A stretch of DNA of 64,000 nt. Source: Lepidodermella squamata. Its lineage: Eukaryota; Animalia; Gastrotricha. The notes beneath the pieces are model-generated. The model searched no databases, was not told the DNA's origin, and saw only the letters and a program-made list of their open reading frames with translations. Below, piece by piece: positions 25,129 through 37,628 of this stretch (the stretch's first letter is position 1; each line of letters opens with the position of its first letter). The position numbers were made by a program, and so were the translations under genes. Location: assembly GCA_047495785.1 (NCBI GenBank), contig JBLDXI010000021.1, forward strand, positions 186,001 to 250,000. Direction: 5' to 3'.

Positions 25129-25889
25129 TGGAATCTTCCATTGTATTGTTCTGGCATATTCTATTCCCTCCATGTAACTTTCAGAGGATCTAAGCTGATA
25201 CGGGCGGAATAAGCAATATTTTAATTTTTTAGTGGCCGAATCGTGAGGGTCACTATGGGTGGTCATACATCAATCGATTGCTGTAATCAAGGGCCATCGA
25301 TTGTCGCCCGATCAAATGCCGCGCGGAACTTTTGGGAATATGGTTTTTGCCTTCGAGGTTTTTGGCCAAAACGTGACCCTGAATGCGACGCGTGGAAATC
25401 GATCGGGTTATACACCAATCGATAGCCCTTGATTGGAGCAATCGATTGATAAATCAACATCCATAGTGACCCTCACGATTCGGCCACTATGAAAATAAAA
25501 AATATCGCTTACTCCGTGTAGGCTTAAGCCGAGTACCTACGCTTAGATCCTCTAAAGGACTACTTACTGTATAGCGGGAATAAAGTATGCGTAATATTTT
25601 TTGCATCGCATTTTTTCAATAACTTCATAACTATGAGGAATTTTTGAAGCGGTTTCCACCAGGCGATAGATCCAGTCTGCGGTAAACTTTCCTCAAATTT
25701 TCGTTAGAATGGGGTTTGAGAGAAAAAATTGATGACGAATATGCTTCCCGCGAGTTTTATTGAAAATTCTCATTTTTTAAAAAGGCCATTGTGCTTCTGG
25801 TTTTATTTAGCACTGGACCTCTTGGCAGTCAAAATGTCGTACGGCCCATAACAATACAACATACCAGAACAATACAGTGGAAGGTTCTA
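25129..25889. mobile_element. Nested foldback/MITE: outer imperfect 29-bp IR (25129-25157 / 25861-25889) enclosing a long-TIR foldback at 25183-25553
   Basis: Perfect 29-bp IR TAGTGGCCGAATCGTGAGGGTCACTATGG (25230-25258 / 25461-25489), plus AGAGGATCTAAGC/GCTTAGATCCTCT and ATCAATCGATTGCT/AGCAATCGATTGAT arms. Confidence 0.8.
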
Positions 25890-26242
25890 GCCAATCAGAA
25901 CGCTGTACAATTATAGAGCGCACAAATAGCGCGCGCCAAAGCGAGATGAGCGCGCAACCAAGTGGCGCGTAACGCTAACATGTTCAATAATGTTTACATA
26001 GGTATTCTACATATACTGCATCATGTTTTCCGGAGAAGACTTACATTTTTGAGTAGTCGCAGTCATGTACAGTTTATGTAAAATTACCTGAAATGCCCTG
26101 CAAAAACCAATCGTTTCATCTTCATTTTTCTTTCGATAACTGAGAGAGAGAGTCTTTCGGTTACCCAATTTTCGTCCCAAAATAGTATTTCTTCGAATAG
26201 GGGCCGCGGCGATTCTTCTCTACTTTTTTTAATAGGCTATGT

Positions 26243-26258
26243 CAGTGGTTCTCAAACT
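26243..26258 (+). mobile_element. Solo hAT/Charlie-like terminal sequence
   Basis: CAGTGGTTCTCAAACT is the common hAT-Charlie TIR start; no partner end found in the window. Confidence 0.35.
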
Positions 26259-26930
26259 AATATCGCTCCCGGTGAAAAATGGCGGTCGGCTGGCGACCTT
26301 TCCAGCCGTATTGCCTCTTGAACCCTCAACCGCTTGTAATGATAAAATGGGACTTGGTTTAAGAACTACTGGGCTATATACAAGGCGATTATTCGACTGC
26401 GGTCTTCGATCCGCTACTCTGTATAATTATCCTTATTAATCTGATCAAAAATGAGCATACCAAGTGCCATAGGTGCCTTATAATCCGCTGTCTTGAAGGA
26501 TCTTGAGGTGTTAATTTGCCTCTTGTAGGACTTAATGAGCGATTAAGGTGTGGCTCCTTAGCTAGATCGAAATACAGGCCAGCCACTTGCTTCTGTCGAG
26601 CGCTGATTATTCAGTTGCGGCCTTTATTTCATTAGGTTTTTCGGTAAAGCTACATTTTGCGGCGGGTGCTTCCTTTATTCGGTCCTAATCGGCGTTGAAG
26701 CTGCATTGTTCCAACCACCTGCTCCAATCACCATGGGACTCGCGCCATTCGAAAGCTCTTTCAGGTGTTGCGGAATTTTATACAACAAACCCTGTATTTC
26801 ATTCTTACGGCGCTACAAACATTTTTTACAGCCGAACTGTCCAAAATTACCCTGTCCAAATTTCTCCTGCGCTACGTTATATCGCATACAAATTGATCGC
26901 CTATTTTATAGATCAAACGTTGATTACTCT

Positions 26931-27410
26931 ATGGAACCATACGTCTTTGTCGATCCACACCAGTTTGACGTCGTGTTATCGGACGTTACTGAAAGCGATT
27001 TGTTTGGAAGTATTGGCGATGAGCTTGGCGTCAAGTATCTATCGGATGCAACTGAAAACGCTGCCTTTCCAATCACCGGAACGATGTGGGGTGCTTATCG
27101 TCGCCCAATGCTGGCTCTCAATGTTTCAAAGAAGAACGGTGGAACGGCGCTCAACGTCATTTTTCTTCTTGATACTAGTTGTCCAGTTACCTATATCAGT
27201 AAACGCGTTTTTGATAAGCTGTTTGGAGATGCTGACAACCCGATTCCAAAGCAATCCAAGCTGAACGTGCACGGTGGCATCGTTGAAGTTCAGCTTAGTC
27301 ATGGACATTTTGAGGAGCTGAATTTAATTGGAGCTGACTTTTTTCGCCATAATCGCTGTAAAGTGATGTTGGATTATGCTAGGCTTGAATTTTCGGTAGT
27401 CAAGGTATGA
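26931..27410 (+). CDS. Stand-alone retropepsin-like (clan AA) aspartic protease, ~159 aa
   Basis: NVIFLLDTSCPVTYIS catalytic strand (DTS in place of DTG) and downstream NLIGADFF motif. No gag, RT or LTR nearby. ATG at 26931 follows a TTTTATAG acceptor; the ORF is open from 26706, so the start is uncertain. Confidence 0.75.
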   Translation: MEPYVFVDPHQFDVVLSDVTESDLFGSIGDELGVKYLSDATENAAFPITGTMWGAYRRPMLALNVSKKNGGTALNVIFLLDTSCPVTYISKRVFDKLFGDADNPIPKQSKLNVHGGIVEVQLSHGHFEELNLIGADFFRHNRCKVMLDYARLEFSVVKV

Positions 27411-27466
27411 ATTCTCTTATGGTTGTTTTCCGGAACGCTTTTTTTTGGAAAATATGCCAACTTTTT

Positions 27467-27534
27467 TTTCGTTTTTGTACAACGTTGTTTCTTGCGAGCA
27501 TGACGAATGAAATAAAGCGGTTGTTTCCGAAAAA
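27467..27534 (+). repeat. Direct repeat pair 1, copy B (AATAAA at 27511-27516), 56 bp after the protease stop
   Basis: Close copy of 24978-25044. Confidence 0.9.
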
Positions 27535-29149
27535 GGTGTTTCATTTCAAATTTATTTGCGGCTGAGAACAGTTAGCTAAACAATTTTCGTCATGATTGCT
27601 GTTGGTATGGCTTCCAGTAGGTCGTGAAAAATAGTTAAAACTTCACTCCAGCGGCGCTGAGGGCGCAAGTGCAGCAGAACAGAAGCGATGAGGGGAATAG
27701 AAAAACACTAATTGCGCGATTTCAGGACGATTTCCCAGAATTCCACCTTGCAAAATAAATGCACACGTTTTCCATCTGGCGTTCGTAAACAAACATATCG
27801 CAATTTACATGCATTTTTTCTTGAATATTTATTGATGGCCAAAATTTTTATTTTCAGACTGTCAATCATTGTTAATCATTAAATGGATTCCACGCTTATT
27901 TTAATTCGAATATGTCTACTCCGTGATGTGATATTCGTGTTTCAAAAAACGGCGGCTTGATGTAAAAAAGTACTCAGGCAAGTACTCCAAACTCTACTGT
28001 CATTGATTAATTAGATTTCATTAGATGGTGGCAGCCGCGATTCTTGGTAGCGCACGCACTCGATTAGCCTGAGGCCGCGCGACTTGACCTCGGCGAAAAG
28101 CGCAAGTCGGGATAATTACACCCTCGCGCCGCAAGTCGTAACCGCGCACTCGACCTGCTTCGCCTTGCTGCAGGTTTTATGGCGTGTGCCTTGTGCCTTA
28201 TTCCACATCACACTCACTTTTTGCCCCGTACACAAGGGCCAACAATTATTTCTTCTACTTTTTCATCGCATAGGCTTTATTCTTTCTTTCGTTTTTTAAA
28301 AAGGCGGATTTTTGACAGATTTTTTGGTGGGAGCAATAATCCCATCTTAATTTTTATGGAACGCACCCTCCTTCCCTTTTCGATAAGGAGGCTCTCCATT
28401 CTTTTTTATTCTTTTAAAAATACAACCACCAGGCCCCTGGCTTCAGCGGGAAAAACTCACAATCCGTGACCTGCGTCAGCTCTACATTTCGCACGTGCTT
28501 CACCGTATTGCGCAAATGCCGCATAGGTGAGCCACATGCCTCTCTCGTCAAATAACAACCTGAACCAAAATTGATTTGGCTTTCAAATCCGACCGTTCTA
28601 GTTTTGCCTTTTCAAGATTTATTCATCTTGAATGCTCATTTTTCATAGGCACTAAAGTGAATTCGTTTAAAATGATATCGACGTTCAGAGATTGGCTGCC
28701 ACTTGGGCTTGATGGACAGCTGAATCATCAGCTGGAGATGAGCTCGCCGAAAACAGCCTCGACATCCAGGCGCGATTTGCCCTGATCATCCTGCTCCCTG
28801 CTCGTCTTACCTGGATTCGCACATGAAACATGCGAATTTTGCACCTTGAGTTGCTGAAGGTCGAAACTTCATAATGGGCAGAAGTTCGCGTGAGTTCTAT
28901 TTTACCTTTCTTTGATAGATTTTATTTTGGAATCAAAACGCCTAATGGCGCATCTTTAAATAAACCAATAAATTATTTTCATAATTAGTCGAATAGGATG
29001 GAAGATATTGATTTTCAGCTTTCAGGGAGCTCAGAAATTCTGTGATATAGTATCTGAAATACGAAAAGACTATTTTTTGAATTGTGTTTTGAAGTGAAGT
29101 TTTGAAGAACTTTTGAATTTTCGAATTTTTCAAGTGAGGTTTTATTACC

Positions 29150-30100
29150 TAGCGCAAATAATTCACCGGTTTGTAAGCTCCATTGATTTTCAAACCCTAA
29201 TAAATTGATTAAAGTCCCAGTGAAAAATAAGCCGGGTATCAGAATTTGATATGCACCGTACCAACTTTGTACTCGTGATGAGAAAAATAGGATGATTCTT
29301 GTAGATTCGCAGGTAGATAGTAGATTTTATCGGAGCAGGCGCCGATTTCTAATAAATTTTCGAAAAATCGCTCTCATCTATCGCCTTCAGATAATCGATA
29401 CGGGCTTCGAGCTCTTTGGAGAAGCTGTCATCAGCCTGATCGGGTCAACCCCTTTTGAGCAAGGTGGCCATTTTCGTCATTTTTGAGACACTTTGGAATT
29501 GATCGAATGCACGTTTTCCAGATTAATATCCAGGAGCCATGCGCCGAGAACAGCGTAGTTTATTTTAGATTCCATTCCCAATTCTTTCCAGGCGCGGTCA
29601 ATTTAATGGCAGATTTTGAGCATTTTCCTTGTAGTTGATGACAGGGTTGGCTTCGAGATAAATTTCGAGGCGCTGATTGTTGCCAGTTTTTCGATTTCGA
29701 CTATCACATCGCGAATTAATTCAGGTTATTGGGTGTTAGCAGGGATGAATAAAGCGAGAGGAAATGCGAGCATTCTCCAGATCTTTCGGTGTAAGCAGGG
29801 AACAGCAAAAAATCCCGAAATCATTGCCTCAATCGAAACTTTCGCCCAGTTATTTTCATTCGAATGAGAATGGCCAGAAACTTGTCAGCGGGTTTGTCCC
29901 GGGGTTCGAAGTTGGCAGCTCGAAATTTTCGAGAATGTCTTGAAGGCAGTCATCCAGGCCGAAGGCCGAGACTTGTTGGGTTAGTAATTTCACCATCTCA
30001 GTTTTCCTAGCCGATAAGTATGTTTCCCCTGAAACATCGTGGTGTTTACAATTTTTCTGATTTGCTTTTCATCCTCTTTCAAGGCAGCCGTCGCTGCTTA
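29150..30100 (-). pseudogene. Decayed protein-coding sequence of unknown family
   Basis: Minus-strand frames give protein-like runs broken by stops and frameshifts (ELIRDVIVEIEKLATIS..*IDRAWKELGMESKINYAVLGAWLLD..; FSKELEARIDYLKAIDESDFSKIY*). Boundaries approximate. Confidence 0.45.
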
Positions 30101-31904
30101 GACGGCTTTCTTTGTATTTTCATCAGTGGTAGAGCAGCCATTGCGTTAGAGCAATTTGTTGGTTCCACGTGAAACTATTGATGAACAGATCCAGTCTAAC
30201 TCATCAGAAGGTCAGAGGTCAGTTTCGCGGTCGAGTGAACCACTGCGACACCATTTTCCGAGACAGCTAGGCAAGACAACGTTTACAATGTCCCCAGGTG
30301 ACGGAAATTGTTCAACGATGCCGACGGGGCGGAGGACTAATATTGGCTGCGTGAATAAGCAGAGGTAACAATTAGTAGCCCTTTTAAAGGGTTTCTTGGC
30401 CGAAAACCCGGTTAATGAATGTGGAAGGTTGAAATTACGTATAACCACTCATATCGATTTCCCTTATTTAGAAAGAAGTCGGGACTACAGTGAAAATCAA
30501 AAGTTACACACGGTCAGGAATTTGTTGAGTTGAAACTAAAAATATCTCACACGCGCCCGAACTATTTTTAGCTCCAAGCTTGGATTGAACTCAGCTAAAA
30601 ATAAAAAGTGTAACTCGCACAGACCAAGAAGTTTTAATAGTTTTAAAAATATAAATATTCATTAGGTGCTAATTAATATTCTGAAGCCCTCAAAGTTGAT
30701 AATTATGTCTGAATAATTATGGAAAAATTATTTTTGAATTGTTATAACCTTACTCTAATTGCTCAAATTTTTCTGCAATTTTTGGCACTTCACTAAGAAT
30801 GTCCTAGTTTCATGACATCTCATGAATATATTCATATTATTGAAACTATCCCCCTTTCCTTGGAGCTATTTTTGGAGATCACGAAAAAGGCGTCATTTTG
30901 GTCCGTTTTGGTGGGGATAAACAGCCTCATTTCGCACGTGCGAAAAATTTCAACTAGCATCGCCCCAATTCCACCGTGCGGATCTTTTGATTGTCACTGT
31001 AGGCCCGGACGCTACTCAGATATTCAGAAAAGTTCGCTTGTCCGTGTCGATCTTACGTAGAAACCAATCCAGTGCTGATTAGTGCGTAGAAACCAATTCC
31101 CATTTCGTCGAAGTGACTCTTGATTATAGGGCATATGACAAGTTGCGCGTTCCAAAAAGTTGAGCCAGCCTGAATGAAATCGCGTATCGACTTCCCCAGT
31201 AGGCTGGTACATAATCACGTCGACCCGGAGCTTCAATCGGTCCTGGTAATTGGTTGACAGTTGGTGGTTGATCTAGCCGAATTGGACGGCAAATGGTATT
31301 TGAAGGTCAGGTTGAGTCCCCAAGTCCGAATTTTCAGATGGAATGGGGTGCCGAGCAAAACAGTTCGGCTGGGCTTCGGCTGCTGCGAATGAGCCATTTT
31401 AATTAATAATAATTAATAATTAGTAATAATTCAGAAATTATGTAAACCGTGAACACTTGATCTCTTTTAGTTTGGAAGCTGGCATTTCGAAGTTATGGAG
31501 GCTGTCGAGTGCGATAACGAGCCCGTCCTGCCGCCGAAAAGCTTTCCAAATGACATGAAAACGTGCGAAAGGCTGCGGATCTATTCGCTTTGGCGAAATG
31601 ATTGGATCATTCCATATCACCTGAAAATTCGCTGGAAAGTTTGAAATTTTGAATCCAAGTCAAGTTGATAATGTGATATCAGAAACTATTTCGAAGTATG
31701 CCAGTCATACTTTTCGTCAACTTTCCGACTGCTTGTGAATACATACGTGAGATTGTTTTTATACCGCTTATTTTTAAATGCAAAAAACGCAAAAATAATA
31801 AAATAATATTATATTTTATTAAAATAATATTATTAATGACATTATTTTTTTGTCGTAGATTGATTGATTGATTTTTGCTTTGTTTCTTTCTGAAAACTGA
31901 ACTC

Positions 31905-33319
31905 ATGGACCAGGTTTGCCAATGCCTTACAATAAATTTGCCCGAACTGATTGAATATTCTTTATTTTATAGCTATTCACGTGCACGTTATGCACTGGGC
32001 AATTCGTCAAACCGAAAATCTTGCCGAAATGTGGACACACCTTTTGCTATAGCTGTCTTGTTGGCTATTTTAAGCCGTCGGGTGACTGCCGCGGGTCAAT
32101 CACCTGCCCGGACTGCCAAGCTGTGTCGGAAATTCCGCGAACCGCAGACCAGGCCGAATACGTTGGTTAGTCCCCAAATTTACTGCAAATTTTCGAATTT
32201 CCCGTTATTAAATTCTGTTTGTTATTTTTCACAAAATTGGCGATTTATTACTAATTTATCACTGACTTATGAAATAAGTAGAAAATTTTCAAAATCTCGA
32301 TTAATTTTGTAGCAATCTGAGATTTTATCAATATATTTTTTATTCTCTGTTATTAATTTTAGAGATCAGCTGTCAGTTGGGCTTGGACGATTTGCCATCG
32401 AATCATCTGCTGGAGAGTTTGCTGAAAACGATATCGGAAACGAAGCTCGATTCGCCAAAATCGTGTTCGTCTTACCTGAGCAAGCACGACAAGATTTGCA
32501 AACACTGCAACGCCAAATTCTGTGACAGCTGCTTGTTTCCACACCTGGAATTGCTGAAGATCGAGTCGTATTGGGCAGCTATTCGCGTGAGTTATCCACT
32601 TGAAATTCTTTATGAAAGATTTCTTGAATTATTTTGAAGATGATTTTGGCTAATTTTGAATTTTTTAATGTTCGGTGAATCTGTATCGAATTTTCTACTA
32701 TTGTCCAATATGATTCCCTTAAAAAAATATGAACACTATCAGTCGATATAATAACGGAGATCATAGCTATTAGGATCAATGAGAAAAAGTTGATGAATTT
32801 TTCAGTTTTCATTAGAGAAACCAGCCGAATTTAGATGTAGCCACATTCGCTGAATGTAGAGAATTGGGACAATTGCAGTTGAAGAAAACTGTAATTTTCT
32901 GCGCGGAAAATGGGCGTTACGGCAATATGCCACGAAAAAGAAAAATTAGGTCTTTGATTTCGTTGAACGCGGAAGGTTCAAGTTTTAATTTCTAGAGTAG
33001 ATTCCTCGAAAATTGCGAGAGCGCAGTAATATTTTTTCTCGGCATCCATTTCTGCATTATTATTTTCTCAGTAGAGTAGCGAAATTTGAAATAGAAGGCA
33101 TCCTCAACAGCGCATTGAGAATCCTTTTTGAGGTCACCTAAAATTCAGTTTAACGTGATATCGGGAATAACTAGCGTAGAAACCCTTGTAGATGGCAGAA
33201 TGTATCAGCTGTTGCTCGCGAACAGTCGCGAAATCAAGAGCGTGAGAATGGGCCGTGATTTCGACCTCGACTCATCAAAACGCTCCATTTTCAGTTTCGT
33301 TGCTGAGATAAAATTATGA
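31905..33319 (+). CDS. RING (C3HC4) + B-box-like TRIM-type E3 ligase; firm exons 31905-31913, 31973-32165, 32363-32586; 3' part uncertain or decayed
   Basis: Not in the ORF track frame. Spliced product: MDQLFTCTLCTGQFVKPKILPKCGHTFCYSCL..ITCPDCQ..LDDLPSNHLLESLL..ICKHCNAKFCDSCLFPH. Introns 31914-31972 and 32166-32362 are GT-AG and phase-compatible. Confidence 0.8.
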
Positions 33320-34326
33320 ATCGGTCATTATTATAGCCAGTTTTTTTATTCAAATATGAATAAAACAAAAAAAATTGAATCACGAATATCGTAAATTGTA
33401 GCACACAGTTTCAAGATATTGCGAATGTTTCTCAGTCATTCCAGGCGGCACGTTTTTGATAAGCGACTCCTTCGTTGGGTCTCTCATAGTTTTCGCGCAG
33501 ACATTGACTCAGTTTGTCACTTCGAAATCTTCTATTATCTCCTTGATTTCGCCTAGATGGATGACTTTCATTTAGTTCGAACGAATGCAGATCGATATGC
33601 ACGACGAACGAGACGAACGAATGCAGAGAAGTTTAAAAGCACTTGGAACTTGGAGATCAACTTGGAGATTTCATTACGGAAAACCGAGGCCGCGAGCAAC
33701 TTTGTACTTGAGTTGATTTGCCAATTAGTTGAATTGATCGCTCAGCTCTGAGAAATTATCAGTTTGAATGGTTTCCCAAGCTTCCCGAGGCACTTTTCGA
33801 GTGAAATTATCGTAGTCGTCCATGATTAGTAAGATGTGCTCAGGTAATGCAGCCAAATTCTGGAATGCTCAATGGACTCGTTCAGAGATGAGTCAAAATA
33901 AGCTTCAGTTGAAATTTTCCAGCAAAGTGGTAGGTAGAAAAGTTCGAAATTTCTGTCAAATTTCCATTTGCGTAGTAATAAAATGTCCGGATTCCATAAA
34001 CCTCGGCACAAATGTCCAGAAACTGCTTCGTTTGCTCTGTTATTCCAGGGGAAAATTTAGCTGTCGTTGTAGGAAATCAGAGAAAAAGAAATGAGCCGAA
34101 ATAAGTGGTTTTAACGATGATAATCCGAGTTTCACGCTGCACTTTGAGGAAGCCTAGTCCAACAGCAAATTGTGTGTGAGAGAGAGAGAGTCTTGTCTTG
34201 GAAGCACGACGTTTCAGTGTGAATCAAAAATCATTTCTTTATTCTCATTTACACTTGAAAGCTGCATATCCTTGCATATTTCGAAAAACGCCAAAATGAC
34301 GAAGAAGGCAACAGTGCCGTTTAACG

Positions 34327-35740
34327 TCAGATCGTATTCATTACCATCGTATCTACGATAATGCTCAATGAAACCGTCATCTGAACGGGCTTTCCGGAAC
34401 GGAATTTCCGAGTCGTTTTTCGTTCAGGTTTCTCAGCGGCAGTCAGAGCATCGCGAACATGCAACCAGAGTTGATAGTAGAAGCTTACATTAAAACCAGT
34501 TTTCTCATCGTGAAAACCAGCCTTTCCGTCCAAGCAGCACCGTTTAATCGCAGTGTAAGCCTTGAGTTGGCGAGTCATCTCGATTGGATGGAACGAACCA
34601 GCTCTCGTCATCTTCAACATTTCGGCGAATTTTTCCATTTTTCTTGCCATTGGAGTTGTTCTTCTTGATTGTTCTAGCCTTGACATCGACTCGCTTAACG
34701 CGGCGGCGCTTCGGCTTTCTTCGATGGGGAGGGACTCAAAGCGGTTGTTGATAGTGAGAACCTAGAGTTTGAACTCGTTGGATTCAACGATTTTCTTGGG
34801 TTTCATCCAGTTGTTATTCGCTTGTACAGCAGCTACGAACGGTTGAGGTTGAGGTTGAGGCTGCGTCCGGCAAGATCTCAGTTTTTGTAGTCACTTGTCG
34901 ATATCTTTAAACTTTCTTCAAAATCTTTCTGCCATCAGTTTCATTTCGAACGTAGTAGCCTCCTTCCGGATAGAATTCGTCTTCGGCTCGGATATTGCCG
35001 TAGTTGTGACGAGGAGGTAGCCACTTGAAAGTAACTGATTCGTTGACACGGATTTCGTTATTCCAATTATTCGGAAATATCGAACCAATAAGACAGCTTC
35101 TCAGAACCGAAGCATCATCGCCATCAGTGCAGTTTTGAAGCGATGATAGATAATTGCGAATCGGCCCCTGAGTCACGTAAAAACTCAATTGGTAAAACAG
35201 ATCTTAAATCGTCAATTTTCAAGTAGAAAAAGCTGTTGTTCGTAATATTGAGATCGTAATCAACACCTGGGTATTTTACAAATTGGGTTTCATAAGCCTG
35301 GACTTCTTTTGCATGGTCCGATTTCTGACAAGGGGCCAGCTGACGAGGGGCGTGGCTTTGGTTTCGAACTTTCACACCGCAACAGCTTTGAATCGCTTTT
35401 TGCGTTGAAGCGATCCCATCTGCTTCCCTCGGGCCATTTTCACATCGTGAGCTTTTTCAATGATCGACATCGACTTCGTGAAGGCAGAAAAGAGCAGATA
35501 TACCACGGAGATATAAAGATTAAAAAAAAAAACATCAAAAGGCTTCACGATGATGACAGGAAGCTTTTGAGCGGGTGTAGTCGATGTTGAGATCTCAGTC
35601 GATTGAGTTTCAACGACGGATTGATGTTCGATGATACCATTCTTCTTCACAGCGTCCGCCCAATCGCTTGATGTTTCAGCGGTGCCGGTGGCGGTGTTAG
35701 GGGACCAGGTCACTCGAGTATCATCAGGCCGGCCTGTTTC
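34327..35740 (-). pseudogene. Frameshifted long ORF of unknown family
   Basis: Four overlapping or abutting minus-strand ORFs (35372-35713, 35124-35375, 34907-35188, 34327-34686) read as one protein-like sequence broken by frameshifts and stops. Confidence 0.5.
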
Positions 35741-36309
35741 TAGAATTAAATTTATAGAAAATTGAGAAGAAACGCAGAAATTATCTAACCTTGATTTTCA
35801 CGTCGACGCGAAAACTTCTCCTTCAGTCGATCATTAATACAACGATCACGAGCAGAGAGCTCTGCCAGCTACAATGCGAGCAGTTACTCCAGTCGGACCG
35901 CGGCGATGATACACTATCGCATTCATTTGTTGAGAATTCAACATTTAAAATCGAAATTTGAAAACTAAAGGAATACAGGAAAACAGGTTATCACATGGAT
36001 AAAATGGAGTTTACTGAAAGTTTACACTTTTCATATCAAAACACGATCAGCTCATATGAAATAACAAGTCAGCGGCTATAACAAAGCGAAAATCAATCGA
36101 TAATCAGGCATGGATTAGCTCATAAAATCGGATGAAGGAGCTAATCAGCTCGTATAATTAGACTATATGAACGGGCTGAACGGGCTGAACACCATCTTCA
36201 GCAGGCCGTTCTCGAGCGAGGAGACGATGTCGGCGGGGCTCGCCGTCGACTCGGTGTGGAAGAGCGGGTCGTTGAGTCATAAACCATCAAAAACAAGTAA
36301 TCAGGGAAT

Positions 36310-37437
36310 TCAACAGTTCAAAAATAGTTCCAAGATATCGGTATATCCAAAATAAAAACTGTCCAGGATTTTAACATGGTCGAATGGTGTTCCAAACAAC
36401 AACCAGCTGCGAGCCACAACGGCCTCAAATTTTGGATGCGCCAGTTTGGGATACTCTCCGAGTATCTCTCTGATTTTCGTAATATCCGGCGGGATACTCG
36501 AGATGCTTTGACATAACTGCATGGAATTCGTTAGTCTCTTCCCGAAACCCGGAAGAACTAAGCGCAAACAAGGCCAATGACGATAACAACTATCGTATCT
36601 CGATATTCGTAATTCGCGGTAATTGACTTGTGCAGGCATAACGTAGCGAGCTTCGTTAGGATAGTCCCGAAAGTGGAGATATTTTTCCGAAATGTCCTGA
36701 AATGGCCCAATTTATTCAAAGTTTTAGTTTTCAAATGCATCCAAACTTCGGTTTCAAGACAAATTTCAAATGTATCGTTAAGGTAAACGCAGCCATCATC
36801 GCAGATGCCAACTTTGAGAACCTTTTCGATTTTCCAAAGGGAATTATTGGAGTAGAACAAAAAACGGAAAGGGAAGTAGATGTCCCCAGCTATTTTTCCA
36901 CGACTCGCAAACAGGAAGTCAGCATAACGCGAATATGTGAAAGCAAGGCGCAGGAGAATAGCTCTCATATTTTCATTCGGCACAAGAAATGTTGAATAGT
37001 AAATCAGCACGGCAAATTGCGAAGCTGAGAGATGCCCTTTTTGACAGTTGAAAGCGGGTGAATTTTGGATCTTTGAAGCATGCAAAAGGCAAAATTTGTT
37101 TTGACAGCTTGTTGAGGTCCAGGTTTCGATAATTGCGTACGCAGTTAGAGGGTCGTGCAACGACGCGGCAAATTTCGCTGATATCGGCGAGAAATTGTCG
37201 CAAATTCGAATTTTCCAAAGAATATAGTTGAACGCGAACATCAGGCCAGTCGGTTGACAGCTTGTCAATGACTGCATTCACTTGGCTTTGTTCGAAGCCG
37301 CTTGTAAGATGGCTGATGATGTCCTCGCGAGTGATGTAGCGCGGTAAGTCGAGTCTCGAATTCCTGGTCGTTGATCGCCAGGTCATTAGAAAACAAAGTT
37401 TTGTGAAAGATACGTAAGATATTTTGTAGCCAGTCAT
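36310..37437 (-). pseudogene. Frameshifted ORF of unknown family
   Basis: Three overlapping minus-strand ORFs (36973-37437, 36558-37277, 36310-36639), each protein-like in only part of its length. Confidence 0.45.
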
Positions 37438-37628
37438 TTGTTAGCTACTTTCAGTACTTCGGCTTTTCTTTATAAGCTGGAGTGCTATTTTGTAGAGACT
37501 AGAAGATAGAAAAGAAAGGCAGAACTCTAAAGAGTTGGATTTGAAAATTCAACCTAAATTTCATCAAAATCTTGAATATTTGAAATAATTCAAAATTCAA
37601 AATCGTAATTTTAGTATTTTTCTTTTAG

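Noticed and set aside
30150-30250. CTGATGA and GAAA motifs on the minus strand as a hammerhead ribozyme
   Set aside because: The required stems could not be formed by eye.
29150-37437. In-frame stops in coding-like segments as a sign of a variant genetic code
   Set aside because: All three stop types plus frameshifts occur, and conserved genes (eIF2-alpha, STK11, Nav) read cleanly in the standard code.
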